This document shows, piece after piece, positions 12,706-26,830 of a stretch of 64,000 bases of DNA (the first letter of the stretch is position 1; each line of letters begins with the position of its first letter). Source of the stretch: Mobula hypostoma (Eukaryota). The notes under the pieces were generated by a model. That model saw nothing but the letters and a program-made list of their open reading frames with translations, was not told the DNA's origin and ran no database searches. The DNA is taken from contig NC_086100.1 in NCBI RefSeq assembly GCF_963921235.1, forward strand, positions 143,592,001 through 143,656,000. The letters run 5' to 3'. The position numbers were made by a program, and so were the translations under genes.

Positions 12706-13115
12706 TTCACTTCCCCTTTTACTGCATCTCAACTCAATGAATACTGTACTGAAAGAAAACAAGCAACTTTGAATTTATTTAACAGAGCAGCATTCTGACA
12801 AATAAGCTGTGATGCAAAGATATTTGCAGATATAAATTTACTTTCTTGTCACCTTTGAAAGCATATGTGACTCCTGAGGATCACATCATAGAAGAATTCA
12901 CTCCACTTACATCAGTGAGGATTTTAACAGTTGCACATATAAAATTTAAAAATTGCAACCTGTGGCTTTCCTCTTGCTGCAAGTCTTTCTATAAAACTTG
13001 GAGAAACAAACACATCTAGATTATATCTGTACCAAGTGAAATGAACTGTTTAATACTTCAACCACATAAAGTCTAGAAGAGGGAGTACCACAATGCAAAA
13101 TGCGGTAGGATCTCG

Positions 13116-14009
13116 TAGTCATAGTCATAGTCATACTTTATTGATCCTGAGGGAAATGGTTTTCGTTACAGTTGCACCGTAAATAATTAAATAGTAATAA
13201 AACCATAAATAATTAAATAGTAATATGTAAATTATGCCAGGAAATAAGTCCAGAACCAGCCTATTGGCTCAGGGTGTCTGACCCTCCAAGGGAGGAGTTG
13301 TAAAGTTTGATGGCCACAGGCAGGAATGACTTCCTATGACGCTCAGTGTTGCATCTCACTGGAATGAGTCTCTGGCTGAATGTACTCCTGTGCCCAACCA
13401 GTCCATTATGTAGTGGATGGGAGACATTGTCCAAGATGGCATGCAACTTGGACAGCATCCTCTTTTCAGATACCACCGTCAGAGAGTCCAGTTCCATCCC
13501 CACAACATCACTGGCCTTACGAATGAGTTTGTTGATTCCGTTGGTGTTTGCTACCCTCAGCCTGCTGCCCCAGCACATGACAGCAAACATGATAGCACTG
13601 GCCACCGCAGACTCGTAGAACACCCTCAGCATCGTCTGACAGATGTTAAAGGACCTCAGTCTCCTCAGGAAATAGAGATGGCTCTGACCCTACTTGTAGA
13701 CAACCTCAGTGTTCTTTGACCAGTCCAGTTTATTGTCAATTCGTATCCCTAGGTACTTGTAATCCTCCACCATGTCCACACTGACCCCCTGGATGGAAAC
13801 AGGGGTCACCAGTGTCTTAGCTCTCCTCAGGTCTACCATCAGCTCCTTAGTCTTTTTCACATTAAGCTGCAGATAATTCTGCTCACACCATGTGACAAAG
13901 TTTCCTACCATAGCCCTGTACTCAGCCTCATCTCCCTTGCTGATGCATCCAACTATGGCAGAGTCATCATAAAACTTCTGAAGATGACAAGACTCTGCGC
14001 AGTAGTTGA
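13116..14009 (-). mobile_element. Rex1/Babar LINE, 5'-truncated
   Basis: Encodes WC..N.LQLNVKKTKELMVD, YKYLG, FYESAVAS and SFLPVAIKLYN. Tail reads (TAGTCA)n on the + strand at 13116-13134. Confidence 0.9.
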
Positions 14010-14732
14010 CTTCAGCTGATGAGGCAGCATCTACACACAGTAGATGCCGAGACCCTTCATTATAACTGAAAAGAAAGAGGGCAGACGTCAGTATAAAAGG
14101 GTGGGGGAGTGGGAGAAGCTTGAGCTGGCTGTTGATAGGTGAATCGATCTCAGAAGGGATTGCTGAACGCCATGCAGGAATTAAGCATCACCAATGACTT
14201 TCCGAGCTAAATTTGAAGCTCTGCGCTAACCTAATACACCACACTTCTGATTCCCATCCCTACCATGTCTGGTCTTTTCTATAGACAACAATCATGCAAT
14301 GTTTACCTTTTAGAAGTATTATCAATGGTAGAATTATGAGGGGAATGTACAATAATTCTGCCCAGATACACGTGTAGTATTCAGCTTTACTTAATTAATA
14401 AGTATTAAAAACAAATATAGTCATTAAAATCAAATTGTTAATGAAAATACAAATGCAATTTGGATGATTTAACCACTAAAATATAGTCTAGAATAAGTTA
14501 TGTTACCGAAAATGTATTTTTATTATCTGATCCAATATCTCCTTAAATGGTGCAATATCCTATTTTGTGCAATAACATCCTTATGGTGCATTTTGAGACA
14601 TTATAATATGTCAAGATCTTTAGAGATGTATTTTATTATCGTGTTTTTATTCCATAAATTGCTACATCACTCTTAATCGAAGTGCATAAGCAGGATAAGC
14701 AAGAGTGGACTACAACCATGGACTTGTAAATT

Positions 14733-14952
14733 CGCAGGCACGAGGAATTCTGCAGATGGTGGAAATTCAAGCAACACACATCAAATTTGCTGGTGAACGC
14801 AGCAGGCTAGGCAGCATCTCTAGGAAGAGGTACAGTCGATGTTTCGGGCCGAGACCCTTCGTCAGGACGGGTCTCGGCCCAAAACGTCGACTGTACCTCT
14901 TCCTAGAGATGCTGCCTGGCTTGCTGTGTTCACCAGCAACTTTGATGTACTT
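14733..14952. mobile_element. Short fold-back PLE derivative (80-bp inverted arms, 11-nt spacer)
   Basis: Arms at 14778-14857 and 14869-14948. Likely TSD CTTGTAAATT at 14723-14732 / 14953-14962. Confidence 0.85.
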
Positions 14953-14974
14953 CTTGTAAATTATCTTCATTTAA

Positions 14975-15278
14975 AGAACAGAACATAGGGGGCATAGTTT
15001 TAGGGTGCTTGGAAATATGTACCGAAGGGATGTCAGGGTTAAGTTTTTCACACAGAGAATAGTGGGTGCGTGGAAGGCACTGCCGGCGGCGGTGGTGGAA
15101 GTGGATACAATAGGGTCTTTAAGAATCTCTTAGACAGGTACATGGGGGCTTAGAAATATAAAGGGCTATGTGGTAGAGGAATTCTAGGCAGGCTCTAGAG
15201 TTGGCTACATGTTTGGCACAACATTGTGGGCTGAAGGGCCTGTAATGTGCTGTAAATTTCTATGTTCTATGTTTCCAT
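14975..15278 (+). mobile_element. CR1 3' fragment
   Basis: TTTTTCACACAGAGAATAGTGGGTGCGTGGAA and a TTTCTATG-type tail. Confidence 0.8.
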
Positions 15279-15452
15279 GTAACATAGTACAGTACAGCAC
15301 AGAACCAAGCCCCTTAGCCCACAAGTTGTGTCTGACTATGATGCCAATTCAAGCTAATCCTATTTGTCTACATGTGGTCTATATACCTCCATCCTTTACC
15401 TGTTCATATGAATGTCTAAGTTCCTCTTAATTGTTGCTATTGTATCTACTTC

Positions 15453-16553
15453 TTATTGTCACAATAGGTCAACGGCAGACGCAATTGCCATGGCTCTTCA
15501 CACGGCTTTAGACCACCTGGACAACACAAACACCTACATCAGGATGCTGTTCATCGACTATAGCTCAGCATTTAATACCATCATTCCCACAATCCTGATT
15601 GAGAAGTTGCAGAACCTGGGCCTCTGTATCTCCCTCTGTAATTGGATCCTCGACATCCTAACCGGAAGACCACAGTCTGTGCAGATTGGTGATAATATAT
15701 CCTCTTCGCTGACGATCAACACTAGTGCACCTCAGGGATGTGTGTTTAGCCCATTCTTCTACTCTCTGTATACACATGGCTGTGCGGCTAAGCATAGCTC
15801 AAGTACCATCTATAAATTTGTTGACGATACAAGCATTGTTGGTAGAATCTCAGGTGGTGACAAGAGGGTGTACAGGAGTGAGATATGACAACTAGTGGAA
15901 TGGTGCCACAGCAACAACCTGACACTCAACATCAGTTAGACGAAAGAGCTAATTGTGGACTTCAGGAAGGGTAAGATGAAGGAATACATACCAATCCTCA
16001 TAGTGGGATCAGAAGTGAAGAGAGTGAGCAGCTTCAAGTTCCTGGGTGTCAAAATCTCTGAAGTTCTAACCTGGTCCCAACACATTGATGTAGTCATAAA
16101 GAGGGCAAGACAGCGGCTATACTTTATTAGGAGTATGAAGAAATTTGGCATGTCAACAAATACACTCAAAAACTTCTATAGTTGTACTGTGGAGAGCATT
16201 CTGACAGGCTGCATCACTGTCTGGTATGGAGGGGCTGCTGCACAGAACAGAAAGAAACTGCAGAAGGTTATCAATCTAGACAGCTCCATTTTGGGCACTA
16301 GCCAACAAAGTACCCAGGACATCTTTAGGGAGCGGTATTACTTTTACTTTTTTTGCACTTTTTTTAATAATCTATTCAATATACATAATTGATTTACTTG
16401 TTTATTTATTATTATGCTTTATTTTATTTATTTTTCTCTCTCTCTCTTCTACAAACGTTTGTAGATTATGTATTGCATTGAACTGCTGCTGCTACGTTAA
16501 CAATTTTTGCATCACGTGCCGGTGATAATAAACCTGGTTCTGATTCTGATTTT
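15453..16553 (+). mobile_element. Rex1/Babar LINE, 5'-truncated
   Basis: Encodes [36 protein letters not shown] and ESILTGCITVWYG. Tail (GATTCT)n. Confidence 0.9.
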
Positions 16554-17091
16554 GACCTTAACTGGCAGGATGCTTTGATCTTTTTCAGACCATTGTTTCT
16601 CTTTTTATGGTAATAGTTGAAGAAGAGGTGCTATCTATGTCACTGAGAATATCTGTTCCAGACTTCCTTCCCTTGCAGTGTCAGAAATTTTATCCACTGA
16701 ATGGCTGAATTAATTTAACATATTTTCTGAAAGATGGTGTGACCAGGTGTATGTGTTTTAGTCCTGGACTGGAATCTGAACATGAGGGTTTCAGACAAGG
16801 AAGAACATTTGCTTTGCCTATTGGATAAATCTGTTCATATCTTTGGAACACTGACAGTATAAAAAAAGTTGAGTCAGTTCTGTGGATATATCAAGATGAA
16901 AACAATTTGGTCACATTTTGTGTGCCACAGTCCCGAGGAGACACTGGATTGCTTAGAGGGAGAGGAACAAGTGGGATGAGTTGACACATATTGCGCACCA
17001 CTAGCTTGAGGAGACATTGGATTGAGCATAATTTAGGCACTTGGTGAGGACCCATAAAGAGAAGTTTATAAAGCGGAGCAGCCATTATGTG

Positions 17092-17592
17092 CAAACAACA
17101 GGAATTCTGCAGATGCTGGAAATTCAAGCAACACACATCAAAGTTGCTGGTGAATGCAGCAGGCCAGGCAGCATCTCTAGGAAGAGGTACAGTCGACATT
17201 TCAGGCCGAGACCCTTCATCAAGACTAACTGAAGGAAGAGTGAGTAAGAGATTTGAAAGTGGGAGGGGGAGGGGGAAGGGGAGATCCAAAATGACAGGAG
17301 AAGACAGGAGAGGGAGGGATGGAGCCAAGAGCTGGACAGGTGATTGGCAAAGGGGGTATGAGAGGATCATGGGACAGGAGGCCCAGGGAGAAAGACAAAG
17401 GGAGGGGGAACCCAAAGGATGGGCAAGGGGTATAGTCAGAGGGACAGAGGGAGAAAAAGGAGAGTGAGAGAAAGAATGTCTCTATAAAAATAAATAACAG
17501 ATGGGGTACGAGGGGGAGGTGAGGCATTAGAGGAAGTTAGAGAAGTCGATGTTCATGCCATCAGGTTGGAGGCTACCCAGACGGAATATATG
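17092..17592 (-). mobile_element. PLE 3' fragment inserted in the CR1 5'UTR
   Basis: Homologous to 8455-8941. 11-bp TSD GCCATTATGTG at 17081-17091 / 17593-17603. The hammerhead core is mutated to TTGATGA. Confidence 0.9.
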
Positions 17593-19940
17593 GCCATTAT
17601 GTGAGTGGGCCAGTGTTGGGATGAGAAGTTGAGACTTTGGTTTATTGAGGCTTAGGAAAGGCATAGGCAGTTGGTAGATTTTGTTATTTATTCTTTCTTT
17701 ATTTCTTATTGCACATTTAGAACAGACAGGATAAGATGCCAGTCAGAGTAATGGAATGTTCTTCTTGTGGGACGTGGGATGGCAGGGAGACCTCCAGTGT
17801 CCCTGATGACTACACTTGCAAGAAGTACATCCACTGCAGCTTCTAACAAACCGTGTTAAGGATTTGCAGCTAGAACTGGATGAACTCCAGATCATTCAGG
17901 AGGCTGAGGAGTTGATAAACAGGACACACAGGAAGATAGTCACACCTAAGTGCAGGGCACTGTTAACTGGGTGACCGTCAGATGGGGGAAAGGGGATAGG
18001 CAGCCACTGCAGAGTGCTGCTGTGGCCATTCTCCTATCAGTAGGTATACCAGTTTGGATACTTTGGCGGGGAATGACTGTGCAGAGAGAAATCACAGCGG
18101 TCAGATCTCTGGCATTGAGTCTAGCTCTGTGGCTCAGAAGGAAGCGGAGAAATTAGGCAAGTTGTATGGAAAGAGGATGTGTTGGTTGGAGTATAGAAAG
18201 AAAGTTCTGTGGACTTTTGTTGCCTCCTGGGTGTTAGGATCAGGGACATCGCGAATCAACTCTACAACATTCTTAAATGAGAGAGTGAGCAGCTGGAGGT
18301 TGTCATCTACATCTGTACCAATGACACTGGTAGGAGGAGTAATGAGGTCCTGCAAAGTGAACTTAAGAAATAGGAAAAATGTTAAAGGACAGGAAGTCTA
18401 GGGTTATGATCTTGGGATTGCTACCCATGCCCCATGTTAGTGGAGCCAGAAATAGGAATATCCTACAGTTTAACACATGGCTAAGAAGTTGATGCAGGAG
18501 GGAGGGTTTCAGACTTTTGGATCTCTTGCAGGGAAGGTGGGACCTGGAAAAAAAGGATGGTTTGCACCTGAACCGGAAGCAGACTAATATCCTAGCAGGA
18601 AGATTTGCTAGTATTGCATGGGGTTGTTTCAATGTGAGTTGCAGGGGTATGGGAATCAGAGCATTAGAACAGATAGCAGAAACCTTTTGGAGAAAGACAT
18701 TGTTAGCCTATGTACAAAGGCAGGAATCAGGAGGTTGAGCGTGGTGGGGTTAATGTTTTGAGCTGTGTGTAATTCAATGCAATGAATTATACACAGCTCT
18801 GGTTGTGGCATGGATCAGCATGTGGAATTATGACATTGCAGCCATTAGTAAGACTTGGTTACAGAAACAACAGACTAGCAGCTCAATGGGATAAAAGGGG
18901 GAGGGGTGGTATCACTAGTGAGGGAATGACAGGTGACAGATGTTAGTGTAGGGGAACCTCTGCAATCTAGTAATCATAATGCCATTAGTTTTAAGGTAAT
19001 TACGGAAAAGGATAGGTCTGGTCCTCGAGGTGAGATTCCAAATTGGAGAAAGGTCAATCTTGATGGTATCGCAAGGATCTGGCAACTGTGGATTGGGACC
19101 GGATTTTTTCTGGCACAGGTGTACTTGCTAAGTTGGAGGCCTTCAAAAGTGAAATTTTAAGAGTACTGAATATGTATGTTCCTGGCAGAATAAAAGGCAG
19201 GGATAACAAATTTAGGGAATCTTGGTTTTTGAAGGATATTAAGGCCGTGGTTAAGGAAGTGAAGGAGGTGCATAGCTACATAGCAGGTATAGGCAGGCAG
19301 AAACAAATGAGCCACTTAAGGAGTATAAGAAGTGCAAGAGAACATTTAAGAAGGATATCAGGAGAGCTGAAAGAAGATATGAGGTTGCTCTAGCAGACAA
19401 GGTGAAAGAGAATCTAATGGGCTTCAACAGATAAACAGTATTAAGAGCAAAAGGACAGCAAGGAACAAAATAGCTCCTCTGGAAGATCAGAGCAGTAATC
19501 TATGTGTGGAGCTGAAAGATGGAGATTTCAAATGAATTTTTTTGCATCTGCATTTACTTGCAAAATGGATAGAACATCTACAACGTGAGGCAAAGCAGCA
19601 GCGAGATCATGGACTATATACAGATTACACAGGAGGAGGTGTTTGCTGTCCTGAGGCAAATTAGGGTTGATAAATCCCCAAGGCCTGACAATGTGTTCTC
19701 TTGGACCCTGTGGGAGACTACTGCAGTATCTGCAGGGACCAAGCAGAGAGATTTAAAACACTTAGCCAAGGGTGAAGTGCTGCAGGATTAGAGGATAGCT
19801 AATGTTGTTCCATTGTTTAAGAAGTGTTCTAAGAATAAGCCTGGAAATTATAGGCCAGTGAGCCTGACATCAGTAGCAGGATAGTTATTGGAAGGTATTC
19901 AAAGGGAATGAATATGTTAGTATTTGGATAGACAGGGACT

Positions 19941-21188
19941 GGTTGCTGTGGATGCAGATTCGAAGTAGCTGAAATTTATACCAAGGAAGTCAATCACATC
20001 AGCAAAGACTGTCTCCACTCTGAGGACTATCTTTACCAGATCTTCACTGAAAAAAATGTGAGAATACATATCAGAAGGATTCCAACTGCTCATGAAGAAA
20101 AATGCCATCAGACATTTCAAGTCCCCTCCTCACCATACAGCAATGAATGGGTTATCTGAAAGGTTTATTCAAACCGTCAAGAAGTCCGTTAAAGTGATGG
20201 ACAAGGAGAACATTTCTCTGCAGCTCAAAGTGGACAAATTCCTTTTTTGTGTAACAGAACTCTGTTCATGTGACAACAAATCAAACACCTGGAATGCTGT
20301 TCATGAGTAGTAACCTGAGATCTCACATAGACCTCTTGAAACCAGACCTCCAGAGGAAAGTACAGAATAAACAGTTCAGCCAGTTGCCAAGTGAAGCAAC
20401 AAGGAGCATCAAGATTGGATAGGAAGTCCTAGCACATGATTAGCGAGAAGACAATGGAGTCCTAGTAGGATAGCTACAAGAACTGAACCACTGATGTACA
20501 CAGTGAATGTTGGAGATCATGCATGGAGACATCATGTGGACCAGATACTGGATGCTCAAACAAAAAACACCTCCGCTTCGCTTGCATCCAACAAGGTGGA
20601 CACATGACAGTCACCGGACTCACCTCTCAGTGACGATCATGTGACTGACAACAACGTGACAACGGAAACTGAGAATGTTGTCTTAGACAAGATGTTTACC
20701 AATCCTTTAGCCACTCCATACGTCCAGAAGCATGATGAGAATGTTATCGTTGACAAGACACATACCAAACCTAATGCCTCTCCACAGGTCCAGAGGCAAT
20801 ATCCTGAAAGAAGCAGGATGCCACGCAAAAAAACTGAACCTTTAGGACTGTGAAGTTAATTATGGACTGTTATTGTGAAAGCATGTTTATTTGGAATATG
20901 GGTTTATGAAAAGGAAATTGAAAGTTTTGTACATATCCAGTTTTATACTGCATTAATCTAAAGGGGGAAGAAGAGTAATGTATGGATCTATTTCTTTTAG
21001 AGCAATGATGCCCCCACCGCCTCACATATTGATCTATTGTCTGCGCATGCACTGCTGTCTACGTATGTGCATTGTTTTCTCTCCCTCTCTCTCTCTCTCT
21101 CTCACTGCAATGAGAATATACCAGTTAAAACCATCTCCTATGTGCGTGTTTTTATTTAATCGGTAAGTAGCTGTGCACAGACACAATA
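19941..21188 (+). mobile_element. Gypsy-type LTR retrotransposon 3' remnant (integrase, PPT, 3' LTR 20974-21188)
   Basis: Integrase motifs VAVDA.SK and SPPHH...NGLSERFIQTVK. PPT AAAGGGGGAAGAAG at 20960-20973. The LTR is homologous to 57698-57902. Confidence 0.85.
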
Positions 21189-22299
21189 GGCTGAAAAATG
21201 GCAGAAGAAATCTAACGTGAGGTGTTACGCTTTGGAGGACCAACCAGGGTAGCTATTACACATGAGCAGTAGGGCACTGAGGGGTGCAATAACACAGAGA
21301 GATCTGGGAATACATTTCCATTATTCCTTTAAAGAGGTGTCACTGGTAGACAGGGTCATTAGAAAGTCTTTTGGCACATAGGCCTTCATAACTCAATGTA
21401 TTGAGTACAGGAATTGGGATGTTATGTTGAAATAGCATAAGACATATGTGAGACCTAATGTGTCATATTTTGTAAGTTTGGCTAACTACCTACCGGAAAG
21501 ATGCAAAATATAATTCAAAGAGTGCAGAGAAACTTTACAAGGATGTTGCCGAGTCTTGAGTACCTGAGTTATCGGGAAAGTTTGAGTAGATTAGCACCTA
21601 ATTCAAAATTATGACAAGGTATGGATAGGGTAAGTGCAAGCAGGCTTTTAGTCCTGAGGTTGGGTAAGACTGAACTGAAGGTCATGGGTTAAGGATGAAA
21701 GTTGAAGTGTTTAAGGGGAACATGAGGGGAAACTTCTTTACTCAAAGGATGTTGAGAGTGTGGAATGAGCTGTCAGTGCAAGTGGTGAATGTGGGGTCAA
21801 TTAAAATATTTATTAGAAATTTGGAAGCTGTTGTCCAGATACAGGTTGATGGGACTAGGCAATTTAATGGTTTGGCATGGACTTGATGGGCCAAAGGGCC
21901 TTTTTCTGTATTGTAGTGTTCTATGACTCTATCATTCTATATAATTTTCTTACAATGCTCTCTGTCAAATTAGTCCTTAAGGTTTACCCCACTGTTTGAT
22001 CAAACTGAGAGTCATTAGCAACTCAATTACAAATACAGTACACTGAAAGAATCCTTATTTCCCTAGATCACCGGATGTGAGGATTTGAAGAAACTAGCAG
22101 AGTTACAATTCTCCATTTCTGGTTTAATTGAAACCTCTTTGGATGCCTGCCAAAAACCTACAACTGACCAGAAGTTATACAATGACAATAGCCTGAATGA
22201 ACTGGCTCTTGGATTTTCCTCTCTTGCTGGATTTTCTGAGATATATGCATTACTTATATACTGCAATTTGAACATTGATACATGCATCAAGAAGATCTA

Positions 22300-22835
22300 C
22301 ACTCAGCGGCCACTTTATTAGGTACACCTGGCTCATTAATGCAAATATCTAATCAGGCAATCATGAGGCGGCAACTCAATGCATAAAAAGTATGCACACA
22401 TGGCCAAGAGTTGTTGTGCAGACCAAACATCAGAATGTGGAAAAATTGTGATCTAATTGATTTTGACCAATCTAATTGATTGGTTGGTGCCAGACAGAAT
22501 GGTTTGAGAATCTCAGATACTCCTGATCTGGGATTTTCATGCACAACAGTCTCTGGAGTTTACAGAGAACGGTTCAAAAAAATAAAACAAAAAATCCAGT
22601 GAGTTGCAGTTCTGTGTACAAAAATACCTCATTAATGAGAGAGGCTAGAGGAGACTGGTTCAAGCTGACTGGAAAGCAGCAGGAACTCAAAGGACCATGC
22701 ACTACAACATTGGTGTGCAGAAGAGCATCTCAGACCTCGAAGTGGATAGATATACCATAGCAATAGAAAATTGCAAATGGCCGCTTTATTGCTTTATTAG
22801 ATGAACGAAGTACCTAATAATGTGATCACTGTGTG
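22300..22835 (+). mobile_element. Non-autonomous Tc1-like DNA transposon
   Basis: TIRs CACTCAGCGGCCACTTTATTAGGTAC and GTACCTAATAATGTGATCACTGTGTG, with TA on both sides. Contains a decayed transposase N-terminus (IGWCQ/VGAR...TTVSGVYRE-like). Confidence 0.85.
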
Positions 22836-23397
22836 TATATATAGTACATCAATCGCAATTATTCTTCTGAATGTGTGACTGATTTGTAATCGAAAGAGAA
22901 GGGTTCTATAGGTGTCATCATGCTTTCAAAGTGCAACGTGCCCAAACTTGTTGAACCATTAGACAGGTTTTAGGTCGTACTGGCATCCAAACGTTACCTT
23001 CTACAAACGTGGCTTATAACATCAAAGCAAAGTTCTACCGATCAGGTGGAAAATTCTAGAACTACTTGATAAATGGGGCTGTCATGGGACTCTAATTATC
23101 AGGATATTGAAGGAATGTTTCAGGTACTTAGTGTATCTTGTCCTTTGATATTAACTATGATAGCAGCATATGATCTACCCAGAAAATCAACATCCCTCCT
23201 CTCCACAATTAGCCACCCTCTCTCACACCATTTATTTTTGCAATAATTGGACCTCTAAGTAATTATGCATGCATTACACTGATATAGATTGACATTAATT
23301 ATTAAGTGTATCAGTGAGGCTGTTAGCACTTGGGATGAAATGATAGGCAGGAAAGGGAAGGGCTACAATAAATGTTATTGTATGCTCTATTAATTCA

Positions 23398-23680
23398 GTG
23401 GGTGGCACAAAATGCTGTTTAACAGGTGCAGGTATCTGGATTCAAACCTGAGTTCTGCAGATTTTGCATGCACTCTTTATGATCATATTGGTTTCCTCCA
23501 ATTTCCTAAGACAAAGTGGAAGGTTTATTAGCAATGAAAATTAATTGTAAAATGAATCAATGACAAGTTTATGGCATGTGGGAGAGAGTACAAGATACAT
23601 GGAAATAAGGAGAGATAGAGAATAGGATGATTGAGATTGCTCTCCTTGTTGGCAGGAAGCAATGACCGTTCGTGTAATTA
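23398..23680 (+). mobile_element. Degenerate tRNA-derived V-SINE (HE1-like)
   Basis: GGTGGCACA...GGATTCAAACCTGA (B-box-like), followed by TTTGCATG...GGTTTCCTCC. Similar to the copy at 41806. Confidence 0.5.
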
Positions 23681-26392
23681 AACATATAATGCAAGCAAAG
23701 GCAGCAATAAACACAAATGTGCAAGTCCTTGCTGAGCTAAAATTTCATAACCCCAGTCCTTCTGTAGCTTTTCCTTAGTGCATCCCTAGACTTCAATGGT
23801 GTTAGAAAGACACTGCTCAGTTACCTGTTTGATTGTGAACATTTCTTTTCATTCGAGGCCCAGTGTTGTATCTTGGAATTTGTATATCAACCAGAAGTGT
23901 ATATGGACTGTTAAGTTGAGAAGGGACAAAGTTATGAATAAGGGCTTCCGCAGCAGATTACCCAAGGTGGGTAGGGTTAGCTTGCGTCTGAATCAAGATG
24001 CTAGAGGAACTCAGCCATCAGGCAACATTGTGGAGCAAAGTTTATGATATTTTGAGTCAAGACTGTTCATTTGAAGATATAGTCTGGTCCACTTCAGCAT
24101 CTTGCTTGTTGATCTGGATTCTAGAGTCAGCAGTGTCATAATGAAAGAATTGGGGACAAAGCCAGTGGTGAGTGAGATGATCCCTAGGGTGAAGGGTAAC
24201 TTTTTTGGTGGTACAGGTCCACTTGCCAGATGGGGGATTTTCCTTAATGCATACTGATTCTGTTTATTGACTCTGTATACTGAGACTGTCTGCTCTTCAT
24301 TCGGACTGGATCAAGTTTGATCAGTTCCTCCCCAAATGACTTGGTCTGTATTTTCCCAGATGTCAGCTTCTTGAGACCTTGCTTGATCTCCATATTAGAG
24401 TTTCAGTTTTACTTTGTAATACAGATCCTACTTGAGTTGTCCCCTAAAGAGATAAAAATAAATGACTATAGAACCCTCTAGTTTTCATTGTGGAATAGGA
24501 CACCAACAGAAGGAATAAAATCCTCTGCATGATTATTTTTGTGTATATTTTTCAGCCCTTGCTGCATTTGTTGCAATCCAGGACGACAAAAATAAAATAT
24601 TTAATTTATTGGTAGTTATTGACATGAACTTAAAAATCACTACATTCAATCATCTCAGAGTTAAGCCACCAATGAAAAGGGTTTGTCTGTTAGAGATAAT
24701 GTAGTTTTTCCTTCAGATATGATGTCAATGAGATCTCTGTCTCTATCTGGATAAGGAACTGTAATTTACCTCTCCAATATCTTTCTCTATACAGTACATG
24801 TTATCCAAAACATTTGCAGCAGCCATCTTAGGCCGAGAGACCCCAAGAATTCTGAGCCATGATGAATCCATACGCAGTTCTCTCTATCCAGAGTTGAGAT
24901 ATTGAATAGCCACCCAATAAGTATAATAACTTTATTAAGACTGAGTTACAGACAATTGCAGATTGTGCATGGTGACAATGAAATGGTGATTTACACAGAA
25001 AATGAATGATTGGTGCTGAGTGACTGTGCAGTAGTTGATTTGTCATTTAATTCACAGAATACGGTGAAACAGCAAATATACTTGCTTTACCTGACCTGGC
25101 AATATCACAAAAGCAATTCCTACTTTCTATCAAGATGGAAGCAAATTACTTCTGCTGTTCCCCTCCTCTATCATTTTTAATGCCACCATCATGATGAGAG
25201 CAGCAACTTTCTTCCACCCAGAAAAAAAAATAACCTACCTTATTTTGACTCCTTCAACGTCCATTGTGCTCTTAAATTTAGCTCAGAGTAGATTCACTTT
25301 AGACCCACTAAGTGCATCTTGAATGCAAAAAACACAAAGGTTCAAAATACCTTGTGTGAAATCTATTCTGATTAGTGAACTCAAGTCCTGGGTCTTTCCG
25401 ATGCAATTTCATGTTCAGAAGCTGCCTTCAGTTTAATATTAAAACATTTGCATATATAAAAGATTATTAGAAATAACATACACCGTATAGAACTCTGAGA
25501 ATTAACTTACTTTTGTCTTGAGCTATTAAGTTATCAATGAGTTATAACCTGAAACTAAAAAGCAACAATTTACCTGTATTCACTTTATCATTTCCATTGT
25601 TTCATATCATATCAACAAAGAGATTGATTACATATTTATTATCTAATTATGCCAGGAAAGTTCAGCCTCTGTTCTTGATGTAAAGTGGTCTGTGTATGTT
25701 AATTTTTTTCTAATCCAACCAGTTATTTACAATTTCTTCCAAGAGATTACAGGACATTTGGCCAAGACTCAAAGAACAATGATCAGGGAAAGAAATAGCA
25801 TTTTACAGGGAGAATCTTTGATATCAATTTTACTTAACAAGAGATGAAAAACAGGAATCCCCTAAAGAACACTTTTTTCCAGAGCAAATATTAGATTCTG
25901 ACTTATGCTTGTCAGGGAGATATATTACACAAAATGTATCGTGTATTTAATAATGGATGGCCAAGACATATGATGTGGAGGTGCATTCAATGCTGAGTTA
26001 CATTAAAGTCAACGAGAAAGAGTCCATAATCCCTCAGAACCATCACATCTAATATAATTACAAGTCATTTTGAAATAAAATTGGCTGTCCTGCAATGTAA
26101 TATATTATTTGAAATATGTTAATATGCAGATAGAATGATAAGGAAGAAAAAGAAATAGTTTGCAACATAATGCTGTCTTCTTTGACCTCTGGAATTTAGA
26201 TTTAAATGAATGCTATAGAACACAAATAAAAGACTTTCCATTTCTCATGCACACACACAAAGAACACACATATTTTACATGATGTGCATGGCATGCACAG
26301 GCACATTGCCTTCATTACCACCTACATGTACAAGCAAATAAATACACATACACATTATACACACAAAGGACTGTACACACATGCCACAAACT

Positions 26393-26830
26393 ATCTGGTC
26401 CGGTACTCATTGGAGTTTAGAAGAATGAGGGATGGATCTCATTGAAACCAACCAAATATTGAAAGGCCTAGATAGAGTGGACATATACAGGATGCTTCCA
26501 GTAGTGGTAGAGTATAGGACCAGAGGGTGCAGCATTGGAATAGAAGGATGCCCCTTTAGAACAGAGGGGGAGAAGAATTTCATTAGCCAAAGGGTAGTGA
26601 AGCTGTGGAATTCATTGCCAGAGATCCTGTAGTGGCCAAATCATTGGGTACCAGCTTTGTTCATTTAAAGCAGACTTCTATAGGTTTCTTATTAGTAAGG
26701 TAGTCCACGGTCATGGGCAGAAGGCAAGGAGTAGTGTTGAGAGGGAAAATAAATTAGCCATGATCATGTGGTGGAGCAGAGTCAATGGGCTAAATGGCCT
26801 TATCCTGTTTTATATGTTATCGTCTCTTGG
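26393..26830 (+). mobile_element. CR1 3' fragment
   Basis: Encodes DLIET.QILKGLDRVD...FISQRVVKLWNSLP. Confidence 0.85.

Larger units (their letters stand above)
17021..21941 (+). mobile_element. Decayed near-full-length CR1 (5'UTR, ORF1 Zn-finger/esterase, ORF2), interrupted by PLE and Gypsy fragments
   Basis: Encodes MECSSC..W at about 17751, DGLHLN at about 18557, DKSPRPD, NYRPVSLTS and FFTQR. Tail CTATGACTCTAT. The 5' boundary is approximate. Confidence 0.8.
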
